Of a DNA stretch of 64,000 nt, positions 41,860 to 52,117 are shown piece after piece. A model generated the notes under the pieces. It was given only the letters and a program-made list of their open reading frames with translations. It searched no databases and was not told where the DNA came from. Both the position numbers and the translations under genes were made by a program. The stretch spans positions 72,563-136,562 of the forward strand of contig JBGPFE010000003.1 in the NCBI GenBank assembly GCA_041483135.1. Reading direction: 5' to 3'. The number at the start of each line of letters is the position of its first letter. Within the stretch, counting starts at the first letter, position 1. This stretch comes from Gammaproteobacteria bacterium (GTDB lineage: Bacteria; Pseudomonadota; Gammaproteobacteria; Burkholderiales; SG8-41).

Positions 41860-42645
41860 TCAACGGCAGGACGCAGCGAGCGCCTGCAGCACGTCGCCGC
41901 TTTGCGGGTGTTGTATGAAGACAGCGAGGTGCGTGTCCAGCGGCTTCCAGCGTGGGTCGAGTTGGAAGCTTAGTGCGTGGCTCAGATTGCCTTTGTCGTC
42001 GAGCGCGAGTGGCCCGATCAGCTCACGCACTACGAAATCGTGCTTCAAGGTGCGGCCTTTATTCTCGCCGGCCTTGACCGCGGTTACGAGGTTATTTTCG
42101 TAGAGCGCAAGGAAAACCTGGGCGCGGCGCTGATCGGCGCTGCCGCTCACGTTGACCTCGACTTTGCCGTCGAGCAGGAGGCTGCTGTTGCTGAGTTTGA
42201 GGCGGATATCCGCTTGCGGCGTCGTCTGGTTGATGGTTTTGATCTTGCCGTCGATGTCGTCAAACAGGATTGCCCGGCGGTAGTCCTGGCCGTTCAGCAG
42301 CAGCTGCGGCGTGAATACGAAGCTCGCACCGCGCCTCCTGCTGTGCTGGCGCTGGCGCTCGCTGAAAATTCCCCGGGAAAACGGATCGGTCCAACCGAGC
42401 TGGTTCCAGTAATCGACGTGAAACGCGAGCGGAATAACGCGCTCGGCGGTGAGCTTTTTCGCCGGCAATTCGTTCACCCATTGGTCGGCGGGCGGGCAGC
42501 TGTCGCAGCCCTCGGAAGTATAGAGCTCGAGCACCGCGACGCGCTGCGGGCCGCTCGTTGCCGTGCATTCCGCCGCCGCTGCCGGAAGATTCGGCACGGT
42601 CGATAACATTGCCGCAATGGCGGGAGCGTAAAACAATGATCGCAT
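41860..42645 (-). CDS. DUF1223 thioredoxin-like secreted protein
   Basis: Signal peptide, ELYTSEGCDSCPPAD, AFHVDYWNQLGWTDPF, FTPQ, GENKGRTL. Confidence 0.92.
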   Translation of the reverse strand: MRSLFYAPAIAAMLSTVPNLPAAAAECTATSGPQRVAVLELYTSEGCDSCPPADQWVNELPAKKLTAERVIPLAFHVDYWNQLGWTDPFSRGIFSERQRQHSRRRGASFVFTPQLLLNGQDYRRAILFDDIDGKIKTINQTTPQADIRLKLSNSSLLLDGKVEVNVSGSADQRRAQVFLALYENNLVTAVKAGENKGRTLKHDFVVRELIGPLALDDKGNLSHALSFQLDPRWKPLDTHLAVFIQHPQSGDVLQALAASCR

Positions 42646-42800
42646 GGTGCTGGATATGTTAATGCCGGTTAGTCGTGGCGGCAGATGCAGGATTACATGG
42701 CGTGTTCCAGGGGTTACGGCAACCGGCGCAATCTGGTAAAATTTTGTTTTTGATTACAAACCCTTGCCACACCCTGCCGGTGCGCCGGGTTTGCCCCAAG

Positions 42801-43637
42801 TTGACTAATCTCGATCTGCACTGTCATTCGACGTTTTCCGACGGTACTCTCACTCCCGATGAATTGGTGGCCCGCGCCGCGCAGCGCGGTGTCGCGGTGC
42901 TCGCGCTGACCGACCACGATGATACCGGCGGGCTCGCCGTGGCCCGCGCCGCAGCGCAGCGTCATGGGTTGAAGCTCATCGACGGCGTCGAAATTTCCGT
43001 GACTTGGTGCGGCCAGACGATCCATATCGTCGGCCTCGGCATCGGGCCCGCGGACGGGGCGCTGCAGGCCGGGCTCGCCGCGACCCGTGCCGGCCGGGTC
43101 GAACGTGCCGGGAAAATGATCGCAGCGCTGGATGAACTCGGCATTACCGGAAGCCGCGAAGGCGCGCAGCAGTTCGCCGACAATCCGCAGATGATAGGGC
43201 GCATGCATTTCGCGCGCTTTCTGGTCAAGCAAGGCGTGGTGAAGGACGTCAAAAGCGCGTTCAAGCGCTTTCTCGGCGCCGGTCAGCCGTGCTATGTACC
43301 GCAGCAGTGGGCAAAATTAAGCGATGCAGTGAACTGGATCAACGGCAGCGGCGGCGTTGCCGTGCTCGCGCATCCCGGCCGGTATCCGCTCGATACCGCG
43401 CAAATGCGCGCGCTGCTCGGTGAATTTCGCGATCTAGGCGGCGCGGCGATCGAGGTTGTCAGCAGCAGCCACAAGCCTCATCACCATGCGACTTTCGCGG
43501 AGCATGCGCGGCAATTCGGTCTCGCGGCGTCAACCGGTTCCGATTTTCATTCTCCGGAAGAAAGCTATTACGACTTGGGCAGCCTGCCCGAGCTCCCAGT
43601 CGGCTGTACGCCCGTTTGGGACGTTTTGAATGTTTAA
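42801..43637 (+). CDS. PHP-domain phosphoesterase (TrpH/YciV-like)
   Basis: DLHCHSTFSDG, LTDHD, GVEIS, LAHPGRY, GSDFH. TTG start inferred. Confidence 0.92.
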   Translation: MTNLDLHCHSTFSDGTLTPDELVARAAQRGVAVLALTDHDDTGGLAVARAAAQRHGLKLIDGVEISVTWCGQTIHIVGLGIGPADGALQAGLAATRAGRVERAGKMIAALDELGITGSREGAQQFADNPQMIGRMHFARFLVKQGVVKDVKSAFKRFLGAGQPCYVPQQWAKLSDAVNWINGSGGVAVLAHPGRYPLDTAQMRALLGEFRDLGGAAIEVVSSSHKPHHHATFAEHARQFGLAASTGSDFHSPEESYYDLGSLPELPVGCTPVWDVLNV

Positions 43638-43689
43638 TGTTGAGTGGAAAACGATCCGATCTCCGACACACAAGACTTAATAGTGCAAA

Positions 43690-44325
43690 TTGAGCCAATT
43701 TTTTACGATCCATCCCGACAATCCACAGCGGCGGCTGATCCGCCAGGCGGTCGAGATCATACGCGGCGGCGGGGTGATTATTTACCCGACTGATTCGTGC
43801 TATGCGCTTGGCTGCCGGGTAGGCGACAAGGTCGCGATGGAGCGACTCCGCGCGATCCGCGGAGTCGATGCGCAACACCATTTCGGGCTGGTGTGCCGCG
43901 ATCTTGCCGAAGCGGCGACCTATGCGTGCATCGATGACCGGCAGTTTCGTCTGATCAAGGCGGCAATACCCGGCAGCTACACCTTCATTCTGCACGCCAC
44001 GCGCGAGGTGCCGCGCCGCCTGCTGCATCCGCGCCGCAAAACCATCGGCGTGCGCATTCCGGCGCATCGCGTCGTGCATGCACTCCTCGCCGAACTGGGC
44101 CAGCCGCTGCTGTCCTCGACGCTGATCCTGCCCGGATATGACACGCCGCTCAGCGACGCGCACGAAATTCGCGCCCGGCTCGAGCATCGCGTCGATCTGA
44201 TACTGGACTGCGGGTCGTGCGGCGTCGTGCCGACTACGATCGTCGATCTGACGGCGGAGGTGCCGGTCATCACGCGCCAGGGCAAAGGCAGCGCGGAGCT
44301 CTTGGGGATGAACGTTGGAGCTTAG
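43690..44325 (+). CDS. Sua5/YciO/YrdC family protein
   Basis: IHPDNPQ, YPTDSCYALGC, PGSYTFIL, TIGVRIP. Confidence 0.93.
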   Translation: MSQFFTIHPDNPQRRLIRQAVEIIRGGGVIIYPTDSCYALGCRVGDKVAMERLRAIRGVDAQHHFGLVCRDLAEAATYACIDDRQFRLIKAAIPGSYTFILHATREVPRRLLHPRRKTIGVRIPAHRVVHALLAELGQPLLSSTLILPGYDTPLSDAHEIRARLEHRVDLILDCGSCGVVPTTIVDLTAEVPVITRQGKGSAELLGMNVGA

Positions 44326-45016
44326 CGTTGTTCAAAAGATCGCGGTATTTGCGCTGCCGGTGCTGTTCGCGATCACGCTGCACGAAGCGGCGCACGGTTA
44401 TGTCGCGCGCCACTTCGGCGATATGACTGCCTACGCTGCGGGGCGCGTCAGCCTCAACCCGCTGCGGCATATCGACCTCGTCGGCACTATCGTCGTGCCG
44501 CTGGTCAGCCTGTTGTTGACCAACTTCATGTTCGGCTGGGCCAAGCCGGTGCCGGTAAATTTTGCCAATCTGCATCATCCCAAACGCGACATGCTGTGGG
44601 TGGCAGCGGCCGGGCCATTCAGTAATCTGTGCATGGCGCTGGTGTGGGCGTTGCTGCTCAACATCGGGGTCGGGCTCGCGCCGAGCAATCCGGCAGCGAC
44701 CTGGCTGGTATTCGTCGGCGCGTCGGGTATTTTCGTCAATGTCATTTTCTTTGTGCTCAATCTGTTTCCGCTGCCGCCCCTTGACGGCGGACGCATCATG
44801 GTGAGCCTGCTGCCGCATAATCTGGCCTGGAAGTTCGCACAGATCGAGCGCTTCGGCTTTATGATCTTGTTGGTGTTATTGTTCACCGGAGTGCTCGGGA
44901 TGTTATTGTCACCGTTGATTACCCTGTCGCTGTCGGGTATCGCGGCAATATTTGGCATACCTGAGGCCGGGCTCTATCAGCTATTGCGGTTTCTGCGTCT
45001 GGTCGGAACGGCCTAA
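44315..45016 (+). CDS. Site-2 protease (M50) family protein
   Basis: HEAAH, GWAKPVPV, AAGP, NLFPLPPLDGG. Confidence 0.94.
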   Translation: MELSVVQKIAVFALPVLFAITLHEAAHGYVARHFGDMTAYAAGRVSLNPLRHIDLVGTIVVPLVSLLLTNFMFGWAKPVPVNFANLHHPKRDMLWVAAAGPFSNLCMALVWALLLNIGVGLAPSNPAATWLVFVGASGIFVNVIFFVLNLFPLPPLDGGRIMVSLLPHNLAWKFAQIERFGFMILLVLLFTGVLGMLLSPLITLSLSGIAAIFGIPEAGLYQLLRFLRLVGTA

Positions 45017-45039
45017 ACATCCGGGGGGATTTTGCGCTT

Positions 45040-46242
45040 ATGTTTGTCGATCGGGTTTTATCCGGCATGCGCCCTACCGGCGCGCTGCATCTCGGCCACT
45101 ATCACGGCGTGCTCAAGAACTGGATCAGGCTGCAGCACGAGTTCGAGTGCTTCTTCTTCGTCGCCGACTGGCATGCGCTGACCACGCATTACGATACGCC
45201 TGAGATCGTCGAGCAGAACGCCTGGGACATGGTAATCGACTGGCTCGCCGCGGGCGTCGATCCGTCGCAGGCGACGCTGTTCATCCAGTCACGCGTGCCG
45301 CAGCATGCCGAGCTGCATTTGCTGCTGTCGATGATCACGCCGCTCGGCTGGCTCGAGCGCGTGCCGACCTACAAGGACCAGCAGGAAAAACTCGCCGAAA
45401 AAGACCTCTCGACCTACGGATTCCTCGGTTATCCGCTGCTGCAGAGCGCCGACATTCTCATATACCGCGCCAACCGCGTGCCGGTCGGCGAGGACCAGGT
45501 GCCGCACATCGAGTTCACGCGCGAAATCGCGCGCCGTTTTAACCACGTTTACGGGCGCGAGCCCGGATTCGAGCAAAAAGCCGAAGCGGCGGTGAAGAAA
45601 CTCGGCGCCAAGCGCGCCAGGCTCTATCGAGAGCTGCGCACCAAGTTCCTCGAGCAGGGCGATGCCGGCGCGATCGAAGCGGCGCACGCGTTGCTCGAGA
45701 AAGCCCAAAACCTGGCGCTGGGAGACCGTGAGCGGCTGTTCGGCTATCTTGAAGGCGGCGGCAAGATGATCCTGACCGAACCACAGGCGCTCTTGACCGG
45801 CGCATCGAAAATGCCCGGGCTCGACGGCCAGAAAATGTCGAAGTCCTACGACAATACGATCAACCTGCGCGACGACCCCGACAGCATCGCCAAAAAAATC
45901 CGCACGATGCCGACCGACCCGGCGCGCATCAAGCGCACCGACCCGGGGGATCCGGACAAGTGCCCGGTGTGGCAGTTGCATCTTGTTTACTCCGACGACC
46001 AGCGCAAGGCATGGGTGCAAAAGGGCTGCCGTAGCGCCGGCATCGGCTGTCTCGAATGCAAGCAGCCGGTGATCGATGCCGTGCTGGCGGAGTTGAAACC
46101 GATGCGCGAACGCGCCCAGCGTTACGTCGACGATCCGACGATCGTCAAAAGCATCATCGCCGACGGCTGCGAAAAAGCGCAGAAGCTCGCTGAAGAGACG
46201 ATGCGCGACGTGCGCGAGGTGATGGGGCTTAATTACAGCTAG
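45040..46242 (+). CDS. trpS: Tryptophan--tRNA ligase
   Basis: SGMRPTG, HLGH, VPVGEDQ, KMSKS. Carries a long insertion before KMSKS. Confidence 0.97.
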   Translation: MFVDRVLSGMRPTGALHLGHYHGVLKNWIRLQHEFECFFFVADWHALTTHYDTPEIVEQNAWDMVIDWLAAGVDPSQATLFIQSRVPQHAELHLLLSMITPLGWLERVPTYKDQQEKLAEKDLSTYGFLGYPLLQSADILIYRANRVPVGEDQVPHIEFTREIARRFNHVYGREPGFEQKAEAAVKKLGAKRARLYRELRTKFLEQGDAGAIEAAHALLEKAQNLALGDRERLFGYLEGGGKMILTEPQALLTGASKMPGLDGQKMSKSYDNTINLRDDPDSIAKKIRTMPTDPARIKRTDPGDPDKCPVWQLHLVYSDDQRKAWVQKGCRSAGIGCLECKQPVIDAVLAELKPMRERAQRYVDDPTIVKSIIADGCEKAQKLAEETMRDVREVMGLNYS

Positions 46243-46345
46243 TGCCGTTCCAACTTGATTGGCCTGATGACCACGGGGATCCTTCTGCTGAATATCGTGC
46301 CGCGATCACGCATCACCGATAGCTCGGAAAAGTTGGTACGGCACG
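46241..46345. mobile_element. MITE-like element, copy 2
   Basis: AGTGCCGTTCCAACTT / AAGTTGGTACGGCACG (14/16 inverted match), 105 bp. Confidence 0.65.
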
Positions 46346-46509
46346 AGGCCGCTGCCCGGCTATATGCGGGCGGGTTCGCAATGCGGTAGGTTTACTCCGC
46401 AATTCGCGGTAAAATGCCGCATGCTGCGCCGGCCCCCCGCACCCAGCGTTTCCCCCGGCTTGCCGATCAGGGCAGGGCAGCCTTCCCACCGCTTGTTGCG
46501 GATCGCAGC

Positions 46510-47328
46510 ATGATCGAAGCCGTCGATGCCACACTGGCCGCGCCAATCACTCCGATCGGCAAGTTTCGCGGCGAGCCGGTGCTCGAGTTGCCGCAGGACC
46601 TTTACATTCCGCCCGATGCGCTCGAGGTTTTCCTCGAGACTTTCGAAGGCCCGCTTGACCTGCTGCTGTACTTGATCCGCAAGCACAATCTCGATGTGCT
46701 CGACATTCCGATGGCGCGTCTTACCGCACAGTATCTCGAATACGTCGAGCTGATGCGGCAGAAAAGCCTGGAGCTCGCCGGCGAATATCTGGTGATGGCG
46801 GCGGTGCTGATCGAGATCAAGTCGCGCATGCTGCTGCCGCGACCGCCCGCCACTGCGCAGGACGAGACCGATCCACGCGCCGAACTGGTACGCAGGTTGC
46901 TCGCCTACGAGCAGATGAAACTTGCCGCGCAGCGTCTCGACGAGCTGCCGCAGGTTGGGCGCGACTTCGCTCTGGTGCAGGTGTGGGTCGAGCAGGCTGC
47001 CGAACAGGCACTGCCGAATGTGAATAGCGAAGACCTGCGTCAGGCCTGGCTGTGGCTGCTGATGCGCGCCAACGTCAACCAGCACCACCGCGTGACGCGC
47101 GACCAGCTGTCGGTGCGCGAGCACATGACCCAGATCCTGCGCCGGCTGCAGGACACCAAATTTCTCGAATTCACCCAGCTGTTCAGCCCTGAGCTCGGGA
47201 TTCCCAAGCTGATCGTCACTTTCCTCGCGATACTCGAGCTCGTGCGCGAAACGCTGATCGAAGTCACGCAGCAGGAACCTTATTCACCGATTTATGTGAA
47301 ATTGACCCATGGACTCACCGTCGTTTGA
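46510..47328 (+). CDS. scpA: Segregation/condensation protein A
   Basis: [30 protein letters not shown]. Confidence 0.95.
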   Translation: MIEAVDATLAAPITPIGKFRGEPVLELPQDLYIPPDALEVFLETFEGPLDLLLYLIRKHNLDVLDIPMARLTAQYLEYVELMRQKSLELAGEYLVMAAVLIEIKSRMLLPRPPATAQDETDPRAELVRRLLAYEQMKLAAQRLDELPQVGRDFALVQVWVEQAAEQALPNVNSEDLRQAWLWLLMRANVNQHHRVTRDQLSVREHMTQILRRLQDTKFLEFTQLFSPELGIPKLIVTFLAILELVRETLIEVTQQEPYSPIYVKLTHGLTVV

Positions 47329-47965
47329 CCTGCCGGAAGTAAAAAGGATACTCGAGGCGGCGTTGCTCACCGCAGCCGAGCCGCTGCCCCTCGCCGAATT
47401 GAAGAAACTGTTCGATGAGGAGGTCGACAACGATACTTTGCGCAAGCTCCTCGTCGAGCTCGCGCACGATTGGGCCGGGCGCAGTGTCGAGCTCGTCAAT
47501 GTCGCGAGCGGCTGGCGCTTCCGCGCGCGGCCCGAATATCACCGATTTCTCGAGCGATTGAATCCACAGAAGCCGCCGCGTTATTCGCGCGCGGTGATGG
47601 AAACGCTGGCGATCATTGCCTACAAGCAGCCGGTAACGCGCGGCGATATCGAAGATATCCGCGGCGTGGTGGTTTCGACCAACCTTATCAAGGCGCTTGA
47701 AGCGCGCGGCTGGATCGACGTCATCGGCCATCGCGAGGTCCCCGGCCGGCCCGAGCTGTTCGCCACCACCAGGCAGTTTCTCGATGACCTCAATCTGCGC
47801 TCGCTCACCGATCTGCCGCCGCTCGAGGACCTCGGGCAACTGGTCGAGACGGTCGCGGCCGGCGCGCAGATCGGGGGCGGACTTGCGCTGGAGGAGAACA
47901 CTGTCGGAACCGCGGCGCCCGGACCTCAAGCTGCAGCCGACGGCGTCAGCCCGACATTAAATTAA
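47309..47965 (+). CDS. scpB: Segregation/condensation protein B
   Basis: [37 protein letters not shown]. Confidence 0.96.
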   Translation: MDSPSFDLPEVKRILEAALLTAAEPLPLAELKKLFDEEVDNDTLRKLLVELAHDWAGRSVELVNVASGWRFRARPEYHRFLERLNPQKPPRYSRAVMETLAIIAYKQPVTRGDIEDIRGVVVSTNLIKALEARGWIDVIGHREVPGRPELFATTRQFLDDLNLRSLTDLPPLEDLGQLVETVAAGAQIGGGLALEENTVGTAAPGPQAAADGVSPTLN

Positions 47966-47980
47966 CGCCGGTGCGGCTGC

Positions 47981-48607
47981 ATGCGTTCAGCTCTGGTAGT
48001 CAATCCCAAAGGCGGCTGTGGCAAGACCACGCTCGCAACCAATCTTGCCGGAGCACTCGCCAGCCGCGGCGACGGCGTGATGTTGTGGGACATCGACCGC
48101 CAGAAGTCCGCGCTCGAATGGCTTGCGCTGCGCTCGCCGGAACTACCGGTAATCCACAGCCTCGAAGGCAAGGAGGACGAGCCGTCGGGCAAGCAGAAAC
48201 GCAAACACGACTGGCTGATTATGGATACACCGGCGGGATTGCACGGCAAAAATCTCGAACGCGCGCTCAAGCCTGTCGACAAGGTGCTGATGCCGATTCA
48301 GCCTTCGTTGTTCGACATGGCGGCGACGCGCGATTTTCTTGCGGTGCTGCATGAGGAGCATCTGCTGCGCAAGGGGAAATATTTTCTCGGCATCGTCGGC
48401 ATGCGCGTCGATCCGCGCACCAAGGCAGCGGCAACACTCGAAGCGTTCCTCAAGCAGTTCGAGCTTCCGGTGTTGACCTATCTGCGCGACACACAGGTCT
48501 ACGCCAACGCCGCGTTCCAGGGCAAATCGATTTTCGACCTGCCGCCATACCTGAACGAAAAAGACGTCGACGACTGGAAACCGCTGCTCAAGTGGCTGGA
48601 TAAGTAA
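47981..48607 (+). CDS. ParA-family ATPase (short form)
   Basis: Deviant Walker A KGGCGKTT, DIDRQ, IMDTPAG. Confidence 0.9.
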   Translation: MRSALVVNPKGGCGKTTLATNLAGALASRGDGVMLWDIDRQKSALEWLALRSPELPVIHSLEGKEDEPSGKQKRKHDWLIMDTPAGLHGKNLERALKPVDKVLMPIQPSLFDMAATRDFLAVLHEEHLLRKGKYFLGIVGMRVDPRTKAAATLEAFLKQFELPVLTYLRDTQVYANAAFQGKSIFDLPPYLNEKDVDDWKPLLKWLDK

Positions 48608-48694
48608 GTGATGCGGCCCGGCCGCTCACTGCGTCGAAACAGCCCGACGCGAAAATCTATACCCAAACCAATATGCGATCCTGCTGCGGAATAG

Positions 48695-49147
48695 TTATTT
48701 CTTGATGAAGTCGGTTGTGGTCGGACCGATTCCCGATTCCTGATACACGACTTCGCCGTTTCTCGCCCACGAGTAGTGCACGACACCGGCCGGCACGACG
48801 AAGTAACTGCCCGCCGGGTACCGGGTCGTTTTTTCCGCTTCCATCGTTTCGCCCCGGCCTGCATACAATTCGCCTGACAGCACGGTGATGTAGCGGGTAT
48901 CGGGGTGGGTGTGGGGCGGAACCATGCCGTCTTGCGGCAGGCGCACCCGCTGGGCATAAAGCACCGGTTTATCCAACGGCCCGCTAAGTACCGCCGCCTG
49001 GCCGCCGGTAGGCAACGGCGGGCCCCATAAAATCTGATCCGGGAAAATCTCGACGGCCCGGCTCCCATCGCTTTGTGCATGGACGGCATGGATCGATGCC
49101 GAAGCGACTAATACCGCAACCAGATATGGCGAGCGCAGCAGCGCCAT
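48695..49147 (-). CDS. Secreted cupin-domain protein
   Basis: Signal peptide, PHTHPD...VLSG, PAGSYFVVPAGVVH. Confidence 0.85.
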   Translation of the reverse strand: MALLRSPYLVAVLVASASIHAVHAQSDGSRAVEIFPDQILWGPPLPTGGQAAVLSGPLDKPVLYAQRVRLPQDGMVPPHTHPDTRYITVLSGELYAGRGETMEAEKTTRYPAGSYFVVPAGVVHYSWARNGEVVYQESGIGPTTTDFIKK

Positions 49148-49250
49148 GTTTGTTTCTCCCCGCCGGCAAATAGCGGCAGTCTCGTTGAATCGTCAAGGCG
49201 CGTGATGAGGCATGCGAATTTCCAACGGAAATGGGCGCACGCCCTGCCGA

Positions 49251-49619
49251 CTACCTTCTAGCGGAACGCACTCGATCCAAGGACCCCGAGCACCCCTTCA
49301 CGCCGGGCGCAGCGACCATCGCAAACTGATACACCTCGCCTGCCGATGCCTTCACCGTCAGATTTTTGATTGAATCACCGCATTTCATCGTCACCGAGTG
49401 CGTGCCGGGCTCGAGTTCGAGGGGGCCATACGGTCTGTCCACGGGTTTGCCATCGATTTCAACCACGGATATGTCCGGCCCAAAACTCGTTGAGCTGGAG
49501 AAATGAGTACCCCCGGATGTTATGAGAGCAACCTTACTAAGAGGCCTGGTCGGTAACGGTTCCGTAGCACAACCTGCCAGCAGCGTGGCCGCGAGAATGA
49601 CTGAAACCATGTGATGCAT
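49251..49619 (-). CDS. Hypothetical lipoprotein
   Basis: Lipobox LLAGC and a beta-rich body (VEIDGK...LEPGTHSV). Start uncertain (49619-49649). Confidence 0.7.
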   Translation of the reverse strand: MHHMVSVILAATLLAGCATEPLPTRPLSKVALITSGGTHFSSSTSFGPDISVVEIDGKPVDRPYGPLELEPGTHSVTMKCGDSIKNLTVKASAGEVYQFAMVAAPGVKGCSGSLDRVRSARR

Positions 49620-49703
49620 GTTAATTTTCATGTCAGCTGGTATAGACATGTTACAAAGTTTCCGTGATTACACCATCATTTGCGTGTTGTTGTCATCTAT
49701 AGC

Positions 49704-50087
49704 TCAATTCAAATCGATTGCGTATTTCTTGAGTTCCGCGAGCGGCGCGTATTCAAGCATCGCTTCGTGCGTTGCCGCCAGCACGATTTGCGGCGCGATG
49801 CCGGCATTCAATGCTTCCGACCAGCGCGCGGCGCACAGGCACCATTTGTCGCCGGGTTTGAGGCCCGGGAAGCCGAATTCGGGATGTGGCGTGATGAGAT
49901 CGTTGCCGCGCGAGAGACTGAATTCGAGAAATTCTCTGGTGACTTTGACGCAGGCGACGTGCATGCCGAGATCGTCGTCGCCGGTATTGCAGCAGCCGTC
50001 ACGGTAGAAACCGGTAAGCGGCCGGTCGCTGCACGGCTGCACCGGCCCGCCGAGCACGTTCCTGGGAATATTATCATCGCGTTTCAT
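49704..50087 (-). CDS. DUF2237 family protein
   Basis: NVLG, PLTGFYRDGCC, GNDL.TP, FPGLKPGDKWCLCAARW. Confidence 0.93.
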   Translation of the reverse strand: MKRDDNIPRNVLGGPVQPCSDRPLTGFYRDGCCNTGDDDLGMHVACVKVTREFLEFSLSRGNDLITPHPEFGFPGLKPGDKWCLCAARWSEALNAGIAPQIVLAATHEAMLEYAPLAELKKYAIDLN

Positions 50088-50151
50088 GGTCGTCGGGTTG
50101 TATCGTCAGCCGCCGGTAGATGTTGTTCCGATGCCAATTGGCGACCACGCT

Positions 50152-50664
50152 TCATAAGGGAACTGGCCGGATCTCGAATTTCATGGTCTGCAGATCGCCG
50201 AACACATAAGTGGCGGGCGCGCTCACGCCCGCGACCGTCCCTGGATCGATCCGTAGCGTCTCTTCCCCTTTGATGTTCCGGATGCGTTCAATGACAGCGC
50301 AGTGCTCGTGCCCATTGCATACCAGGTCGTAGTCGCCCGTGAGCGCCATGGCCTTGGCATAATGCGGGTAGTGAACCATGAATATTCGCCGTTGCGCCAG
50401 GGTCGGCGATCCGTCCTGGCCGTGATAATGCACGCGGTTCCCGGGCTCCTGTGCGAATCTGGACAGGTGAAACACATCGCCCGCGTTGTTGCCGTGAATC
50501 AGGTGAATCGGCAGTTCCAACCCGATGACCGCATGCAAAGTGGAAGGCGCCACCAGGTCGCCGCAGTGCAGTACGACCTGGGCGCCGAGCGCTTTGGCCT
50601 CCGCGCAGGCCGCGGCGAACGGCTCGCGATGGTCGTGGCTGTCGGAGACAATGCAGATTTTCAA
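50152..50664 (-). CDS. YfcE-like metallophosphoesterase
   Basis: SDSH, HCGD, GNN, GHEH motifs. Confidence 0.88.
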   Translation of the reverse strand: MKICIVSDSHDHREPFAAACAEAKALGAQVVLHCGDLVAPSTLHAVIGLELPIHLIHGNNAGDVFHLSRFAQEPGNRVHYHGQDGSPTLAQRRIFMVHYPHYAKAMALTGDYDLVCNGHEHCAVIERIRNIKGEETLRIDPGTVAGVSAPATYVFGDLQTMKFEIRPVPL

Positions 50665-50863
50665 GCTATTTCTTTCCTGTCGATGCCGCCTGTGCCGATT
50701 AGTGTCTCATACAATGACTATCGAGCCGACCATCCGAAGCTGGACGACCGCGATTGGCACTGCTTTAGCAGGTCTCACTACGAACCGACATCAGCGGAGT
50801 GGAAAATGTCGATACTCCCCGTCCACCGCATTGCAGAGGGCTTTGAGTTATTGAAGACATGAT

Positions 50864-50896
50864 GCGCGGGCGGCAGCTATCGAAGCTGCCCCGTGC
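50864..50896 (-). terminator. Hairpin immediately after the sat stop codon
   Basis: GGCAGCT-atcga-AGCTGCC stem with a GC extension. No clear U-tract. Confidence 0.45.
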
Positions 50897-50899
50897 TCG

Positions 50900-52117
50900 T
50901 TATCGCGCGGAATGTCCCGAGAGCTTGACTTCCACGCGGTCTGCCGCGTCGATGGTCGCATAGTATTCGCGCAGTATCTTCAGCACCTCGGGGCGGCTGA
51001 ATTCGGCCGGCACCGGGCTGCCCTCGGAGAGCCATTTGCGCAGCTTGGTGCCCGAAACGAGCAGCCTGTCCTTGTCCTCGTGCGGGCAGGTGCGGCCGGA
51101 AGCCATGCCGCCGCACTGGTAGCACCAGAACGTCCAGTCGATCTTGAGCGGTTGCGTTTCGAGCGAACCCTTGGGTATCTCGTCGAAGATGTGATGCGCG
51201 TCGAACGGACCGTAATAACTGCCGACGCCAGCGTGGTCGCGGCCGATGAGCTGGTGCGAGCAGCCGTAATTCTGGCGGAAGAGGGCGTGCAGCAGCGCTT
51301 CGCGCGGTCCGGCATAACGCATGTCGAGCGGATAACCCGACTGCACCACGGTTTTTTTGACGAAGTAGTTGTCGATCAGCACGCCGATCGCCTTGGTACG
51401 CACCTCGGCGGGAATGTCGCCGGGCTTGAGATTGCCGAGCAGCGAATGCACGAGCACGCCGTCGCATGTTTCGATCGCGACTTTGGCGAGATACTCGTGC
51501 GAGCGGTGCATCGGATTGCGCGTCTGGAATGCAGCGACCGTCGACCAGCCGTTGGTTTCGAACACGGCGCGAGTTTGCGCCGGGGTCATGTAAAGCGCAC
51601 CGTACTTGCTCGGGAATTCGCCTTGCGACAGCACCTTGACCGGGCCGGCGAGATTGACCTCGCCTTGCGCCATCACCATCCTCACGCCCGGGTGCTCGAG
51701 GTCGGTGGTTCTGAACACCGTCGCGCATTCGTGCGCTTTGTTGATGGCGTATTTCTCGGTGACCTTCATGGTGGCGAGCAATTCGCTGTGTTCCGAGTCC
51801 ACGAGCGCAATATCGGTGCCGGTCTTGAATGCCGCTGCGGTGTTCTTGTCGGTGGAGAGCGTGATCGGGATCGGCCAGAACAGTCCGTTCGTCATCCGCA
51901 TGCCGTCGCATACGCCTTCCCAGTCGGCGTGCGTCATGAACCCGTCGAGCGGCGTGAACCCGCCGATGCCGAGCATAATCAAGTCGCCACGCTCGCGCGA
52001 GCTGACCATAACCTTGGGCAAGGAAAGTGCGCGTGTGGTTTCCGCCTGCAGCCCGGCGCCTTCGAGCACCAAAGGTTTGAGCTTTCCTGCTCCGTGCGGG
52101 GGGACCAGCTTGGACAC
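50900..52117 (-). CDS. sat: Sulfate adenylyltransferase (homo-oligomeric Sat type)
   Basis: [46 protein letters not shown]. Confidence 0.96.
   Translation of the reverse strand: MSKLVPPHGAGKLKPLVLEGAGLQAETTRALSLPKVMVSSRERGDLIMLGIGGFTPLDGFMTHADWEGVCDGMRMTNGLFWPIPITLSTDKNTAAAFKTGTDIALVDSEHSELLATMKVTEKYAINKAHECATVFRTTDLEHPGVRMVMAQGEVNLAGPVKVLSQGEFPSKYGALYMTPAQTRAVFETNGWSTVAAFQTRNPMHRSHEYLAKVAIETCDGVLVHSLLGNLKPGDIPAEVRTKAIGVLIDNYFVKKTVVQSGYPLDMRYAGPREALLHALFRQNYGCSHQLIGRDHAGVGSYYGPFDAHHIFDEIPKGSLETQPLKIDWTFWCYQCGGMASGRTCPHEDKDRLLVSGTKLRKWLSEGSPVPAEFSRPEVLKILREYYATIDAADRVEVKLSGHSAR

Noticed and set aside
45550-45770. Long insertion in TrpS
   Set aside because: To my knowledge a common feature of betaproteobacterial TrpS. 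No intein motifs.
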